Program-made: the position numbers and the translations under genes | Shown: positions 12,646-33,399 of the stretch, one piece after another | How positions within the stretch are numbered: position 1 is the stretch's first letter | Layout of the letters: each line of letters opens with the position of its first letter | Notes under the pieces: generated by a model | What the model saw: the letters and a program-made list of their open reading frames with translations, nothing else | Databases searched by the model: none | What the model was told of the DNA's origin: nothing | Source of the DNA: Tubulanus polymorphus | Taxonomy: Eukaryota; Animalia; Nemertea | Reading direction: 5' to 3' | Length of the DNA: 64,000 bases | Assembly: GCF_964204645.1 (NCBI RefSeq) | Contig: NC_134025.1 | Location: 28,562,299 to 28,626,298 of the forward strand

Positions 12646-13154
12646 GCGTAGGCCTAGTCATTAATTAATAATACCAAATTGAACAATATGGTGTCTCCCC
12701 GTTCGGATTATTAATTTTCAGGTAGCCTTATGTTTTACTTTTAGACATATTTGAATTTTAAAATTCAAATAACGCACCCTGTCACGCAATCGTACTGAAA
12801 TAACAGGCATTATTGATGTAAGATACATTTCGATGAGAATCTATGAAATTTACGAAAATCATTCATATTTTGATTAAACAATAATTAATTATATAAAAAA
12901 TATATTGAGCACTCTACTGTCCCCGTGACTTCATTGAATGATCGTCGTTTCGTCAGGTCAAAGCGTTAGGTTATACATTTCACATCAACCAGTATCTACA
13001 TGCAGCTGTTCAGTGTGTACACACTATATCTGAATACGAGGCCGGAATAATAGGCTCACTTCACGATAGTCTTCGGTTAATTTGGGGACTCGTTGCAATA
13101 CGCGAAAACCTGATTAATTTAGGGTTTCGAACCCGATCAATGAAATGTAAACAT

Positions 13155-13185
13155 CAATGCGGAACCGGAACACACGTGCTGATCT
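13155..13185 (+). promoter_or_regulatory. Putative TTLL12 promoter elements (tandem CGGAA ETS-like cores and CACGTG E-box)
   Basis: gcggaaccggaacacacgtg lies upstream of 5'UTR donor-like sites at 13255 (gtaagt) and 13401 (gtaaga). Motif match only. Confidence 0.4.
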
Positions 13186-13489
13186 GTGGAGAGTTTTACG
13201 GTCGAGTGCCTGACCTGGCCTGGGCATGTGAACCAGTATTATTTGCTTGAATGCGTAAGTCCCAAATTGTTTTGACTGTTTTAGTGAATACGTCTTAACT
13301 ACCGTTCTTCCATTAACCATATTTCTGGGATCGTTGTGAGAGGTTTCTTGGCCAAAACCACTAAATAATTGAACTAAAAACTAACTAATAAAACTAAAAG
13401 GTAAGATGTTCAATTCAATCAACCATGAACAGCATGTAATTAGTTGTCGATTTAGGCAAGTTTAGCATCATTCATCTATTGTATTTCAG

Positions 13490-16400
13490 ATGAAAATCTA
13501 TGAAGAAGAAGAAGACACTATGCCTCACACACCTCCAGTACCGTCACAAACTGCGTATGAACAATTTGTTGAATCGCACAAAACACAGTTAGAATTCGTA
13601 CCGAAACACCTTTGGAAGCGACTTCACGAGAAACTGGACAAAGAGGTCAGTCTTGATTAACTAAAGGATCGAGGTTAAGCCTTTGAGTTTGAAATCTAGA
13701 ATTGTCGTGTTTTGAGGAAATATCAATGATGAATGAATGCATTATGATGGTCCTATATATTTAGATATATGATGCGGGCAACGCATTTCAAATAATGAAA
13801 CATGTAATAGTTGATGAAGATGAAGAGGATGATGAAAGTAACTATACATGGAAAGTTATAACTACAGATCCTGATGGAGTCTCATTGGATGATCCTAATC
13901 AGTAAGTAGCCCGGCTCCTCGACCCACTGAAGAGGTAAATCTGTAAGCTGGTATTCAGACTTACCTATAGCTAGAAATAATCACTGGTGGTTGAAAACCT
14001 TATTTCTTTAGAATGACAGCGCAGAAACTCTTAAGTGAATTAAGTTCGCAGTATTTTCTGAACTTTATTTTCAATGATATGAATTCTTTCTTTAACAGAA
14101 TATACCTGATAGATCATGCGTGGACGTATAGATTAAACACCGCTAAACAACAACTTTTAGAATATGACAACATGTTACAAAGAATGGCAAACATGATGGA
14201 TATTGACGACGAGGGTAAAAGTAAAAATGACCTCGTCGACGAGGTGCTCGATAAAATGTGGTGGTAAGTTTTCAGGAGGATACGATTCAATCGTGTTCGC
14301 CTAATTCCGAATTGAACAGATGAATTTTGTTATATTTCAGTTACAATCAAACCTACACATTGGGTGGAAATGACGCGCAGTCCTTACCTATCTGGTACAT
14401 AATGGATGAATTTGGTGTTAAAATTGCGCATTCAGATGACCCTACTGTGAAGGTTGTACCATTTTACTACGCTTCGCAAAATATCTCGTTTTCGATCATG
14501 TGGCCTCTGAAACCGCTGGACGAAGGAGGTAAATATAAAACCAATTCACAGCGTTTAACACGAGTTAATTAGCGATGTTTCTATTTCATCGTTATTCTAT
14601 TTGAAAGATGAAGTTACCAGAGACTACGTAGGAAGTCATATAACAGACACAGTGCTCAGGAAAACGAAATTACTTCCTTGGAAATTTCATAATTTTAGCG
14701 ATGGTAGTATTGATCATGTGGATTTTTCAGATGAATTTTTTGCGGTAAGTAAACACACATATTTATTGTTCAATCCTTATTGTTTTTGAAAAAATCTATG
14801 GCATATTCTGTTTCAAATATCCTCAACCAATGACTGTACTCTATAGGCTCATAACGTCGATGAAAGTTTGCCTGTAATGGATGCTGATCGTGTGGTATTT
14901 AGTCGGGATCGTAGTGTACATGTTTATTCCGATGATGAAAATCTTAAAGCGCATCTCACTGATGATAGATTCGAGTTAGTCGATGATCCTGCTGATGCTG
15001 ATGTCATGTGGTTCAGTAAACATTATAAGAACTTTCGGTATGTGGATTTCATAAGATAATTTTTTGAATATCTCTTTCTCGGTATTTGATGATGTTATTC
15101 GCATCTTATGTTACAGAACTTTATCAGAAAAGTATCCGAAGAAAATTATCAGTCAGTTCCCGAATGAAATAGTTCTCACGATAAAAGATCTAATGGCTAT
15201 AACTGCGTTTAGGAGCCCCGGGCATAATGCGAATACAATTGAACATTTTGGTCCGAAATGGCTCCCAGTGACTTACAATTTACAGAAGGAGCTTCCTCAA
15301 CTGGTGACGTATTTCATCAAACGACAAACGAGGTTGGTCTCTAAGATTTCATGTAACCTGATTCTGATGATTCATTTTGAATGAATTAGAAACAACTGTA
15401 TGATTGGTGATTTTAGGAGGCTTGATAACCATTGGATTTGTAAACCATGGAATATGGCTCGCAGTATGGATATTCACATAACGAACAATTTGAATGAGCT
15501 CATAAGAATGACTGAATCGGGACCAAAAGTAAGTAGATAGCTAGGCCTAACATCTGAATATACTATACATGTTACTGTGTAATTTATATAATTGTTTTGC
15601 GTGTGTAGGTAGCATGCAAGTATATTCATGATCCTGTGCTCTTCCATCGACCTGAAGTTGGTGATGTTAAATTTGATATAAGATATGTTGTGCTGTTGTC
15701 GTCTGTCAGTCCCCTGGTGGTGCACGTTTATAAAATATTCTGGCTCCGATTTGCGAACAAGTGAGTGTGAATTTCTAAACAGTCAAACACTTTTACATCT
15801 GAACATATTTGTTGATTTCGTTCGATGTATTTCAGACCGTTTTCACTGGATAGTTTTGAAGACTATGAAAAGCACTTTACAGTAATGAATTATGCTGAAG
15901 AAGCACAATTGAAGCAGGTATAGATTTTGCTGTATCTCGATTCAACATAGTACATTAAGTACATATTCTAACCTATGTTTTGTGTTTGAAATTTTCAGAT
16001 TCATTACGATGAATTCATACCTATGTTTGAATCTCAATATCCTGACTTTTCCTGGGAGAAAATTGAGGTAAAGTAGAATCTAATCTTTTATTGCAAAATT
16101 TTATATCCGGTGTTTTACATAGAAATTCGCTTTCTATTCAGGAGAGTATATTTGATATGATAAGACAACTTTTTGAGAGTGCTTCCAGCGTAGAACCACC
16201 GCAAGGTCTGTGTCCATATCCCCAGTCACGGGCAATGTATGCCGTGGACCTGATGCTTCAGTGGGATCAGGATTCGAAAGGTAAAATTACTCTCTTAATA
16301 GTACAATGTAATGATAAGAAAATCGTTTCTTGTTAACATTCATGAATCACGTGTCTTTCAATCACAGGTGAGAAGATAATTCAACCAATGATGTGCGAGG

Positions 16401-16513
16401 TCAACTTTTCCCCGGACTGTGAACGCGCCTGCAAATACCACCCATTCTTCTTCAATGATGTACTGAGTACACTGATACTAGGACAGGAATCGAATGTCGT
16501 TCCACTCTTTTAA
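13490..16513 (+). CDS. TTLL12: Tubulin--tyrosine ligase-like protein 12 (SET-like plus TTL domain), ~629 aa, 13 coding exons
   Basis: Exons 13490-13645, 13765-13901, 14099-14263, 14341-14528, 14608-14744, 14847-15037, 15117-15332, 15417-15528, 15609-15760, 15836-15917, 15999-16067, 16142-16280 and 16368-16513 are all GT-AG and phase-consistent (1890 nt). Motifs [66 protein letters not shown] and [12 protein letters not shown] match TTLL12. AATAAA at 16607. Confidence 0.95.
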
Positions 16514-17006
16514 ACACCCAGTACACGTTAATCTGTAAATAACATACAGAGCGGAGAATCTGAATACTGCATGTATGAAATGTTCATGCACTTGATAATA
16601 TTTATCAATAAAGAGCAACATTTCTTTAAATCATTTTAGTTCTGTGCAATTAATATAGGATTTTTCCGCATTCCTCGTCTTGTATTTGCTTCGTGTCTAG
16701 GTGTTCCACTAACAGTGTGGGATAAGGGATGAAATCCTCTGAATCCATGATGTAAATAGGATCTGCGGGATAGATACAAGACAATGATTGAATGAAACGA
16801 TAGATATTCGTACTTTATCTAACCAGTTTTTATTTAAACGTTTGTACAATAGCTCAATCTATAGCGCATTTTATAAACATGATGATATGTAACAAGTGAA
16901 TAGTCTGAAATTTAAAACATAATACATTCAGCTGCTGATGTATTCAGAGACATGGTAGAAAATTACATTCAATAACATATAACAATGTTTAATATATCTC
17001 GCACAT

Positions 17007-25601
<8,595 letters not shown>

Positions 25602-25709
25602 GATTGTTTCACTGTGAACACATTACATTCATCTGTAATTAGAAATACATGACATCAACCCATATCAGATACCGGTAATCATATCAGGAGAGAGAACATT
25701 TTTATAGTA

Positions 25710-25802
25710 CAGTCAAACTGGCCAAGTCTTCATAGTTATGATATCGTTTATTTGCATAAAAGACGATGACTTATCTGATACCGACCTAAGCAAGTTTGAC
25801 TG
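25710..25802. mobile_element. Short TA-flanked MITE upstream of the kinase start codon
   Basis: ta|cagtcaaact ... agtttgactg|ta: perfect 10-bp TIR with TA flanks. Confidence 0.65.
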
Positions 25803-26198
25803 TAAATAGCGATACTTAGTCTCCTGTCAATTGTGTATACAAAAACAGTGAGATTAGTCCATGAATAAATGGATGAGCTTTTTTATGATTTTATACGTCA
25901 TTTGAAAATGAAACAGGCCAGTTTTCCTCGTGAACTGCCTATAGGTACTTTTTCCGAACACAACCAAAACAAAACATAGATTACATACACATATACAGCG
26001 CAATGTAAAACATTTGTTTAGAACTAGCGGATCATTGATTTCCTATAAATAGAAATTCGCATTTTGTTATCAAACCTAACACCATCTGGTCAGTTGAAGT
26101 TACATATATCAGCCGCAATGACGGTGTCGGACTAATTCTTTACTCGAAAAAAAAACTCTGTATTTCAAAAAGCTTTCAATGACACAAATATTTGAGTA

Positions 26199-27463
26199 AT
26201 GTCTTCGCTTTTCAATATATTTTCACCGAAGAACAGTCCAAAAGTCGAACGCAAAGAAGAACCACCCGCTGAGGAACCACCGAAAGAAGAGAAGGATCCA
26301 TCAATTTTGGATTATATCAGTTATAAACTACTAGAACAACCAGACGGCTGGGATTTTACAGATTCAAATCAAACGGTGAGTTTTATCATGATATAACGTT
26401 ATAACTTATCACCTACATTTGATGGTAATCTTAAATAATCAGAGATTATAGCTAGTCGGTAGGGCTAGTGAACATATCTAACTGTGACATTAAACCACAG
26501 GGACCTGACATGAAACGTTTTTGACCCCAGCATCCTAGGTACTATATATAAAGTCTTTTTATATAGTAGGCCTACCTAGGATGTGTCAGGTCCCTGTGCA
26601 TTTAACATTCAACCACAGTCCGGTTATTGTCTCTAGGGCTAGAGCCCATGCCTAGACATAAGGACGGTACACACAGGGACTTTTCACAAAAGCCAAGGGT
26701 CCAAAATGAAAAATATTCATTGCAAAATCCTTGGGTCTAAATGAACCCATAAGCCATGCATACCATGCATAGGCTATCTGTCATGTCGTGGTGGGTCCTA
26801 CGGATCCTGTAATACTAAATCCTTTGATTTTGGATCATGACAAGCCACTGTGCTATTTTTGAGTGATGTGGCTGGCTGTGGTGGTGTAGCAGCCACAGAT
26901 AAGTAGGATAGGACTTGATTTGAGTAGTAGAGGCCCGGGCCGGGGTAGTGAGTGGGGAAATTGCCAAAAAAACTGTGGACGTGGGCACAGGGGCTTGTCA
27001 CAATTTGATGGAGGATAGTTGATACCAGTATCAGGGATAAACGATAATGGTAGTGGTATCATCCATCCTCCATCAAATTGTGACAAGCCCCTGGGGACGT
27101 GGGTGGTATGGACATGGTAGTTGAAGGCCTATATCATGGCAGGGAAGAACAAATTCAATACGTACAAAATTCAAAAAAGTTAAATAACGCGCACAATCGA
27201 GCACAATAAGTACATTTCACGGCAGATAATTCTACACATTTGTGATTTATTTTTGACAGTACGTCAAACAACAGCACCCCCTGGTGGTTTGAAACACTCG
27301 CTTACCATTGAATACCGGAGTCTCGTTATTTTTATTTCAGACACCTTACGGTGTATCAAATAATTCGTTTCTAAGCGGAAAGAAGAAAGGAGGGGAATCG
27401 TATCCGAGAAGTTGTTGGAATTGGGGTAATCCGTTAGTTCGCTGTAGCAGAGATATGCTTTGG
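26199..27463 (+). CDS. Two putative coding exons (59 aa + 41 aa) of unknown function upstream of HGD
   Basis: Exon A 26199-26375 (ATG preceded by an in-frame stop, ends acg|gtgagt) and exon B 27341-27463 (tttttatttcag|aca ... tgg|gtaaga) are both open and phase 0. TATAAA at 26044. Confidence 0.55.
26496..26598. mobile_element. Palindromic MITE-like element
   Basis: cacagggacctgaca ... tgtcaggtccctgtg (15-bp TIR) with inner catcctaggta / tacctaggatg arms; another cacagggac end occurs at ~26672. Confidence 0.6.
26988..27093. mobile_element. Foldback MITE with 29-bp perfect arms
   Basis: caggggcttgtcacaatttgatggaggat ... atcctccatcaaattgtgacaagcccctg; the direct repeat ggacgtggg lies 1-2 nt outside each end. 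Confidence 0.7.
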
Positions 27464-27497
27464 GTAAGAAAAGGATTGAGGCAATCGAATAGGCCAA

Positions 27498-27520
27498 ACT
27501 TCCGGGTGTACTTCCGGGTT
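27498..27520 (+). promoter_or_regulatory. Tandem ETS/GABP-type sites (acttccgggt x2) upstream of the short HGD first exon
   Basis: aacttccgggtgtacttccgggtt contains two CCGGAAGT motifs on the minus strand, 30-50 bp before the ATG at 27550. Confidence 0.55.
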
Positions 27521-27549
27521 CTATGTTTGACGTTCTACAAGATATAAAT

Positions 27550-30354
27550 ATGAGTTTTAACGACGTTTTGAAGGTTAATTTCTCATTTCTGTCATATGTT
27601 CATTAACTTGTTCTAATTTCAATACTATACACGAGATTCGATAATTCTCAATTCATTCGATTCTAATCGTTTTATGACGATCAAGTTAGCGCAGTAGAGG
27701 TCAATTCGGTTAGCCGCTGGGTTAGTTCCTACCGGGTTGTACATCATTTGACAATCTTACGAATTTTTTTTTCAGTACATGTCAGGGTTTGGCAATGAAT
27801 TTGCCAGTGAAGACCCTAGATGCCCTGGTGCCCTGCCAAAAGGCCAGGTGAGAATGTATGATTGTACAGATTTGACAGATTCACCTCTATATTTCTTGGT
27901 GCTTGATTGAGTTGAAGTTGAAAACTGCTGTATCAATTACAGAATAATCCTCAGAAATGTCCTTACGGATTGTATTGCGAGCAGTTGTCAGGATCAGCAT
28001 TCACAGCTCCGAGAACTACAAATAGACGTAGTTGGTTATATCGCATCAAACCATCGGTTTGTCACAGACCATTTAAAAGAGTCAGACAGGGAAATTACAC
28101 CAACGATTTCTTGGATGACTACCCCAATCCAAACCAGGTAATTTTAAAGTCCTAGGTCAAGTATTTGACTTTTGAGTTTCATTTGTTCATTTTCAATAAG
28201 CTAAGCTAAATCTAATGGTCGAATACAAACTCTCATTAGGAATTGGGTCCTGAATCTGATGAAACTTTTCAAATTATAATTATGAATGATATCAATTGAA
28301 TTAGAATTCTTTACTTTTGTTTAATAGTTGAGGTGGCTTCCATTCGATATTCCGAAGATCGAGAAGAAAGTTGATTTCATCGAGGTACTGAATATGTTTA
28401 AATTATTTATTTTGATTCATCGCTAGTATGAAATGTCATACTGAATGTGATGTATTTCTTTCATCTAAAGGGAATGTCTACAATTTGTGGTTCGGGCGAT
28501 CCAAGAATTCGAACTGGTGTCGGTTGCCATATTTATACATGTAACAGCAACATGACAAACAAGTATGTTCTAATATCGGATAAAAATCACTTGCAAAAAG
28601 GCTTTAAATCAGATACATTTGTTTATTTGCATTGTTTTCAGGGCTTATTACAACTCAGATGGCGATATGCTGATTGGTATGTACTTTTATGATTTCATGA
28701 AATCGAGTCTAGTTTTGATTGTGTTAATTTATAGGATTTTAATTGTTGTCAATAGTTCCCCAGCAAGGACCATTATTGATGACAACGGAATTCGGAAAAA
28801 TGAAAGTTGCTCCTGGAGAAATTTGTGTCATTCAGGTAAAAAAATTATGTCCGATGAATAACAGGATTTACATAGCTGACTGTTCAATTCAAATATAGTT
28901 AATCCTTTACAGCAAGGAATAAGATTCTCTGTCGACATAACAGGACCATCTCGAGGCTACATTCTGGAAGTATTCGATGGACACTTCGAATTGCCTAATT
29001 TAGGACCAATAGGTTAGATATAAGTTTGATAGATTTATTTTTTCGCTTCTTAGAGTTACCCGTGTATGTTTTGCTAAAGTATTTTATCCTATTCTCCTTC
29101 GGTAGGTGCAAATGGTCTCGCGAATCCACGTGATTTCCTCACCCCTATCGCCTGGTATGAAGATCGCGAAGGACAGTACACCATCATCAGTAAATTCCAG
29201 GGAGTTCTTTTCATGTGCGAACAGGTATTACAAAACAGGCTAGATTCGGTTTACTAGAAGACATAACCAAATTCATTCTCACTGATTTTGCTTCTATTCC
29301 AGGATCATTCTCCATTTGATGTGGTTGCCTGGCATGGAAACTACGCTCCATACAAGTACGACTTAAGCAACTTCATGGTCGTTAACGCTACATCATTTGA
29401 TCATTGTGTAAGTATTCGTCGAAGCTATCTGTGTAACAACGTATGAAAAGTTATTGATATTTTGTTGACACTGTGTTTATTATAGGATCCATCCATATTC
29501 ACTGTGTTGACTTGTCCATCTAACAAACCTGGTGTGGCTGTCGCTGATTTCGTGATTTTCCCACCCAGATATGCCGTACAGGATCATACATTCAGACCCC
29601 CGTATTATCACAGTGAGTGACAATTTTCCCTAATATTCTTCATTCGAAAAATGATGTGTTTGTAAGAGGTGATCGTTTCTTTTTAGGAAACTGCATGAGC
29701 GAATTCATGGGTCTTATCACTGGAAGCTATGAAGCAAAGGTAACCATTTTGAGTAAACGTCATATATTTTGATAGGAAATTGAAAGGAAACGTTTTCACC
29801 AATGTGCTTATTATTAAAGAGTGATGATAATATTGCTGTTTTTGTAGGAAGGTGGTTTTAAGCCGGGTGGCGCGTCTTTACACAGTATGATGACTCCACA
29901 TGGTCCCGATGTTGATTGCTTCGAGAAGGCGACCAATGAGGAGTTGAAACCTATACGAGTTGCTGATGGAACTATGGTACGTGCTGTAGCCGTAAACCAC
30001 TTCCACACATTCAATATTTTAGCGTGAAGTTTTGATGATGACTTGATGAAAGTGTGCCGTTTTATGCTTGAAATATCTTGTCTGGTTTTTGTAGTTCATT
30101 TTCAATTGAAAATATCTCTGATGAATTCCTGATTGCACGCGAAAGTCTCCATTTATTTACTGATATATTGTTAAATCCGGTACGTGTAGTTCAGAATGGT
30201 TTTTATTTTCCAGTCGTTTATGTTCGAATCATCGTACAATATGGCCGTAACTAAGTGGGGAAATGAAGCTTGTGATAAGGTCGATTATGAGTATTATAAA
30301 TGTTGGCAAGGATTGAAGAAAAACTTTGATCCTAAATGGACACCGGACCAGTAA
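27550..30354 (+). CDS. HGD: Homogentisate 1,2-dioxygenase, 14 coding exons
   Basis: Exons 27550-27573 (MSFNDVLK), 27776-27847, 27943-28137, 28328-28384, 28471-28562, 28642-28676, 28756-28835, 28913-29012, 29106-29224, 29303-29407, 29486-29612, 29687-29739, 29848-29976 and 30214-30354. Motifs [42 protein letters not shown] and [12 protein letters not shown], plus the Fe-ligand motifs [14 protein letters not shown] and MTPHGPD. The first exon is the least certain. Confidence 0.97.
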
Positions 30355-31324
30355 GTAAAACCATTGTATCACAATATTGTCTTCAACACTTCTAGTACAG
30401 TTATTTCCAAATCTTGATTTACTAAATAAGGCAACCAACAAAATAACCCCAACCAGTCGCTTGCTAGTTCAGGCTGGTTGGGAGATTGTTGCAATCAACC
30501 AGAACTGATCACGCAACTTTATCTGTGCTTTGATTTACGATTTAAAAATGAAACCCCTTGTTTCGCTCCCGGCAAGTGTGGTGGGTTTGTAAGTGACACC
30601 AAATCAAAGCAAACCAATCCGAATCTATACCAATCAAATAGATAACAGGGACGATCCCTATTTTAAGATCAAAAGAATCAACACTACGCTTATAGGATAT
30701 GTAGCAAAAATAAACCATTGTATGAGATATGTCACTCTGAGTACAGTATTTAATCACAATTTTCATGTTCATGTTTTCAGAGAAGGTGAGAAATAATCAC
30801 CAGTCAATCGAAGGCGGATGATTTCAAGTGGTTTCTCCTAAAGTAGATCTTTCACACACGTTCATGTGCTCCATTGCGACGGATGTAAAATGTAGTTTTA
30901 AATTACAGATCTGTATCGAACATTCCATGGTTATGTACATATTCATACATATATAACTGCGAGGTTTTAAAAAAACTGCTCAACTCATATAAATCGTACA
31001 GTATTAATTCCGATAAAATGCAATATTTTAAGAATATTACAACTCAAATGCTGGGGATACTTTATTATAGTCTGATCTCAATACTGTTCATGTTAATGGT
31101 TTAACGCTTTCCGACCGGTGTGTTCACTTCTGCTACGTAAACTATAATAATTTGACAAGATGATCTTATATTTTAACCCTTGGTTTGCAGGCATGTTATA
31201 GCGGTGATGGGTTAGAGAGTTCACTAGTCTGTGCTTGTTAATTATAATCTATGTGAGTCTATACATTATACGGATTTTGTGTGCTGATATCCAAGTGACT
31301 TGTGCGTTTCATACGCACATTTAA

Positions 31325-31543
31325 GGCTAAACAAAAATGATACCTTGTTTCTCCGCAGCGGCCGGGTCATTTTTGTAAAATATGATAAAATTTATAAACA
31401 GTTCATTTCTATAGCGGCCGGGTCTGTTATGGTGAAATTGATCACGATTTTAAAAAAAGTAATGTATAGGGTAGATAGGCGGCCGGCCGGGTCAACATTT
31501 AAGCTCAGCAGAGCGGAGAAACAAGGTATCAATTTTTTTGGCC
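31325..31543. mobile_element. PIF/Harbinger (Tourist-like) MITE, 219 bp
   Basis: taa|ggctaaacaaaaatgataccttgtttctccgc ... gcggagaaacaaggtatcaatttttttggcc|taa: ~32-bp imperfect TIR with a TAA duplication; second copy at 10858. Confidence 0.8.
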
Positions 31544-31736
31544 TAATTACTACATAGTACGTAGTATGTAGCTAAAAGGCTGAATAAAAATCATGATGAA
31601 AATAGTTTTTGTTTTTTGTTGTTTTTGTCTTCTTTCTTATCTCCATCGATTCGTATTACTCCGTGGAAACCGTTATAACGAACTGGGATATAACGATTTA
31701 TCCGATAAAACAAGTCGCAAAGAAGATTTATTTAAA

Positions 31737-32183
31737 GGGGCCGTGCATAAAGTACGTACGCTTGACTTCCGGGTATTTTTAACACCCCTCCCCCCTTGTA
31801 CGCTCATTGTACGTTTTTTTATAACCTCCCCTTGCGTACATACTTTTAGGGGTAACCCCACAGTAAAACAGAATTTTCAGGAATAATGGTTTAAAGAAGG
31901 CAAAATCCACCCTGATTCAACAGAGTTCCTGCTGACGTTGATCAACGATCTTCCATAGCGACGAAATGAAAGACTGAAAGTGGGGAATTCCCGAGATCCA
32001 AATATAATATATTGAATGCAACAAACCCAGGGAGACCGGTTTCGCAATTAAGGCAGTGTTTGCTCCCCCTTGGAAAGTATGTACGTTTTTAGCTGACCCC
32101 TCCCCCTGTACGCTTTTGTACGGATTTTAAGAACCCCCAACCCCCCCCCTACGGACGTACGTACGTACTTTATGCACGGCCCC
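31737..32183. mobile_element. MITE, 447 bp, with a 24-bp perfect TIR
   Basis: ggggccgtgcataaagtacgtacg ... cgtacgtactttatgcacggcccc, with aaa on both flanks (3-bp, Harbinger-like) and subterminal cccctcccc/gtacg repeats. Confidence 0.85.
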
Positions 32184-33399
32184 AAATCTCGTAGCGGATT
32201 TTTTCCAACTATCATAAGGGACATTTTCTGGTCCCCAGTTACGCTGTTGCACTGGTGAACGTAGGCTAAAAATATGCTTTCCAAAGTCTCCACTGAGCAA
32301 GTTGATATACGTATGTGCCAAAAACATAAGTGAACCACGATATTTGTAATTATTCTCATTTATTAGGAAATATCTTGCAAATAACTACATTTTCCATAAT
32401 TGTGGTATATAATTCCCGTTTGGCGGGGGTATGTACAGCATAAGGTTACCAGTAGCAAACAAACACTTCTTTTTAATGGTAGACATGTATTCATTCTTGG
32501 ACTACTCCAAGATTCATTACAGTTTAAGTACAATGTACTTGATTGATATTCAAAGCTCACAGTGGTTGAGCATTTAAAACATAATACCGAGTACAACAAG
32601 CAATATGAAATACCTTAGAAGCAACAGATGTTGATAGGGTTTGGGTGCGTTTAATTAAATCATTGAAACTGTAACTGAACAAATTACATGCCGCAATTAA
32701 TAATCGTTCAATATTAATTGAGCAACTATCACGAGAGAGACATATCTGTAAAAAATTGAGGAATAAAGATAATAATGATGATAATAATTGAAGTCAGTTG
32801 TGAATCATATGAACGTAATTGTGTCAAGCTGCCTAAAAAATTGGCACCAAAACAACACAGTTAAGTATTGTCGATGATCATATATTGTTATCATTATTGT
32901 TATTATCATTATATAGATTTTGATTAGAGATCATCACGGAAAGAACTATTAGCTTAAGTATGTATTTACAAACATTTACATATATATATATATATGTATT
33001 CGCACCATTGAGCGCTAAAAAGAATTGTACAGGTATTGAAATTATGGTGTGATCTGTCAACAGATGAAACCCATCTGTTTAATAATTTGCCTGGTTCAAG
33101 ACAAGACGAGATGACAGATACTTAGATATACTATACATATTGAAGATATTTTTACATTAATGTTTTTATGTATGGTCAGGACCTTAATAGTTTTAATGAT
33201 TGACTTCACAATCAACAGTAACGTATATACTTAAACTTTAAAACAACATAAAAAAACAATGTCTGTGATCACAGGCATAATTCTGATTCGTAGGAAATAT
33301 ATCGGTTCTTCATAAGTAGAGTAACATGATTCAGTTTGCTTTCAACAGGTTGTATGTAATTAATCGTTAGATTTCTCAGTTCCACGAAGCATTTTGATG

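Noticed and set aside
13120-13137. B-box-like gggttcgaaaccc on the minus strand near the TTLL12 promoter
   Set aside because: Isolated T-loop-like hairpin without a cloverleaf or A-box.
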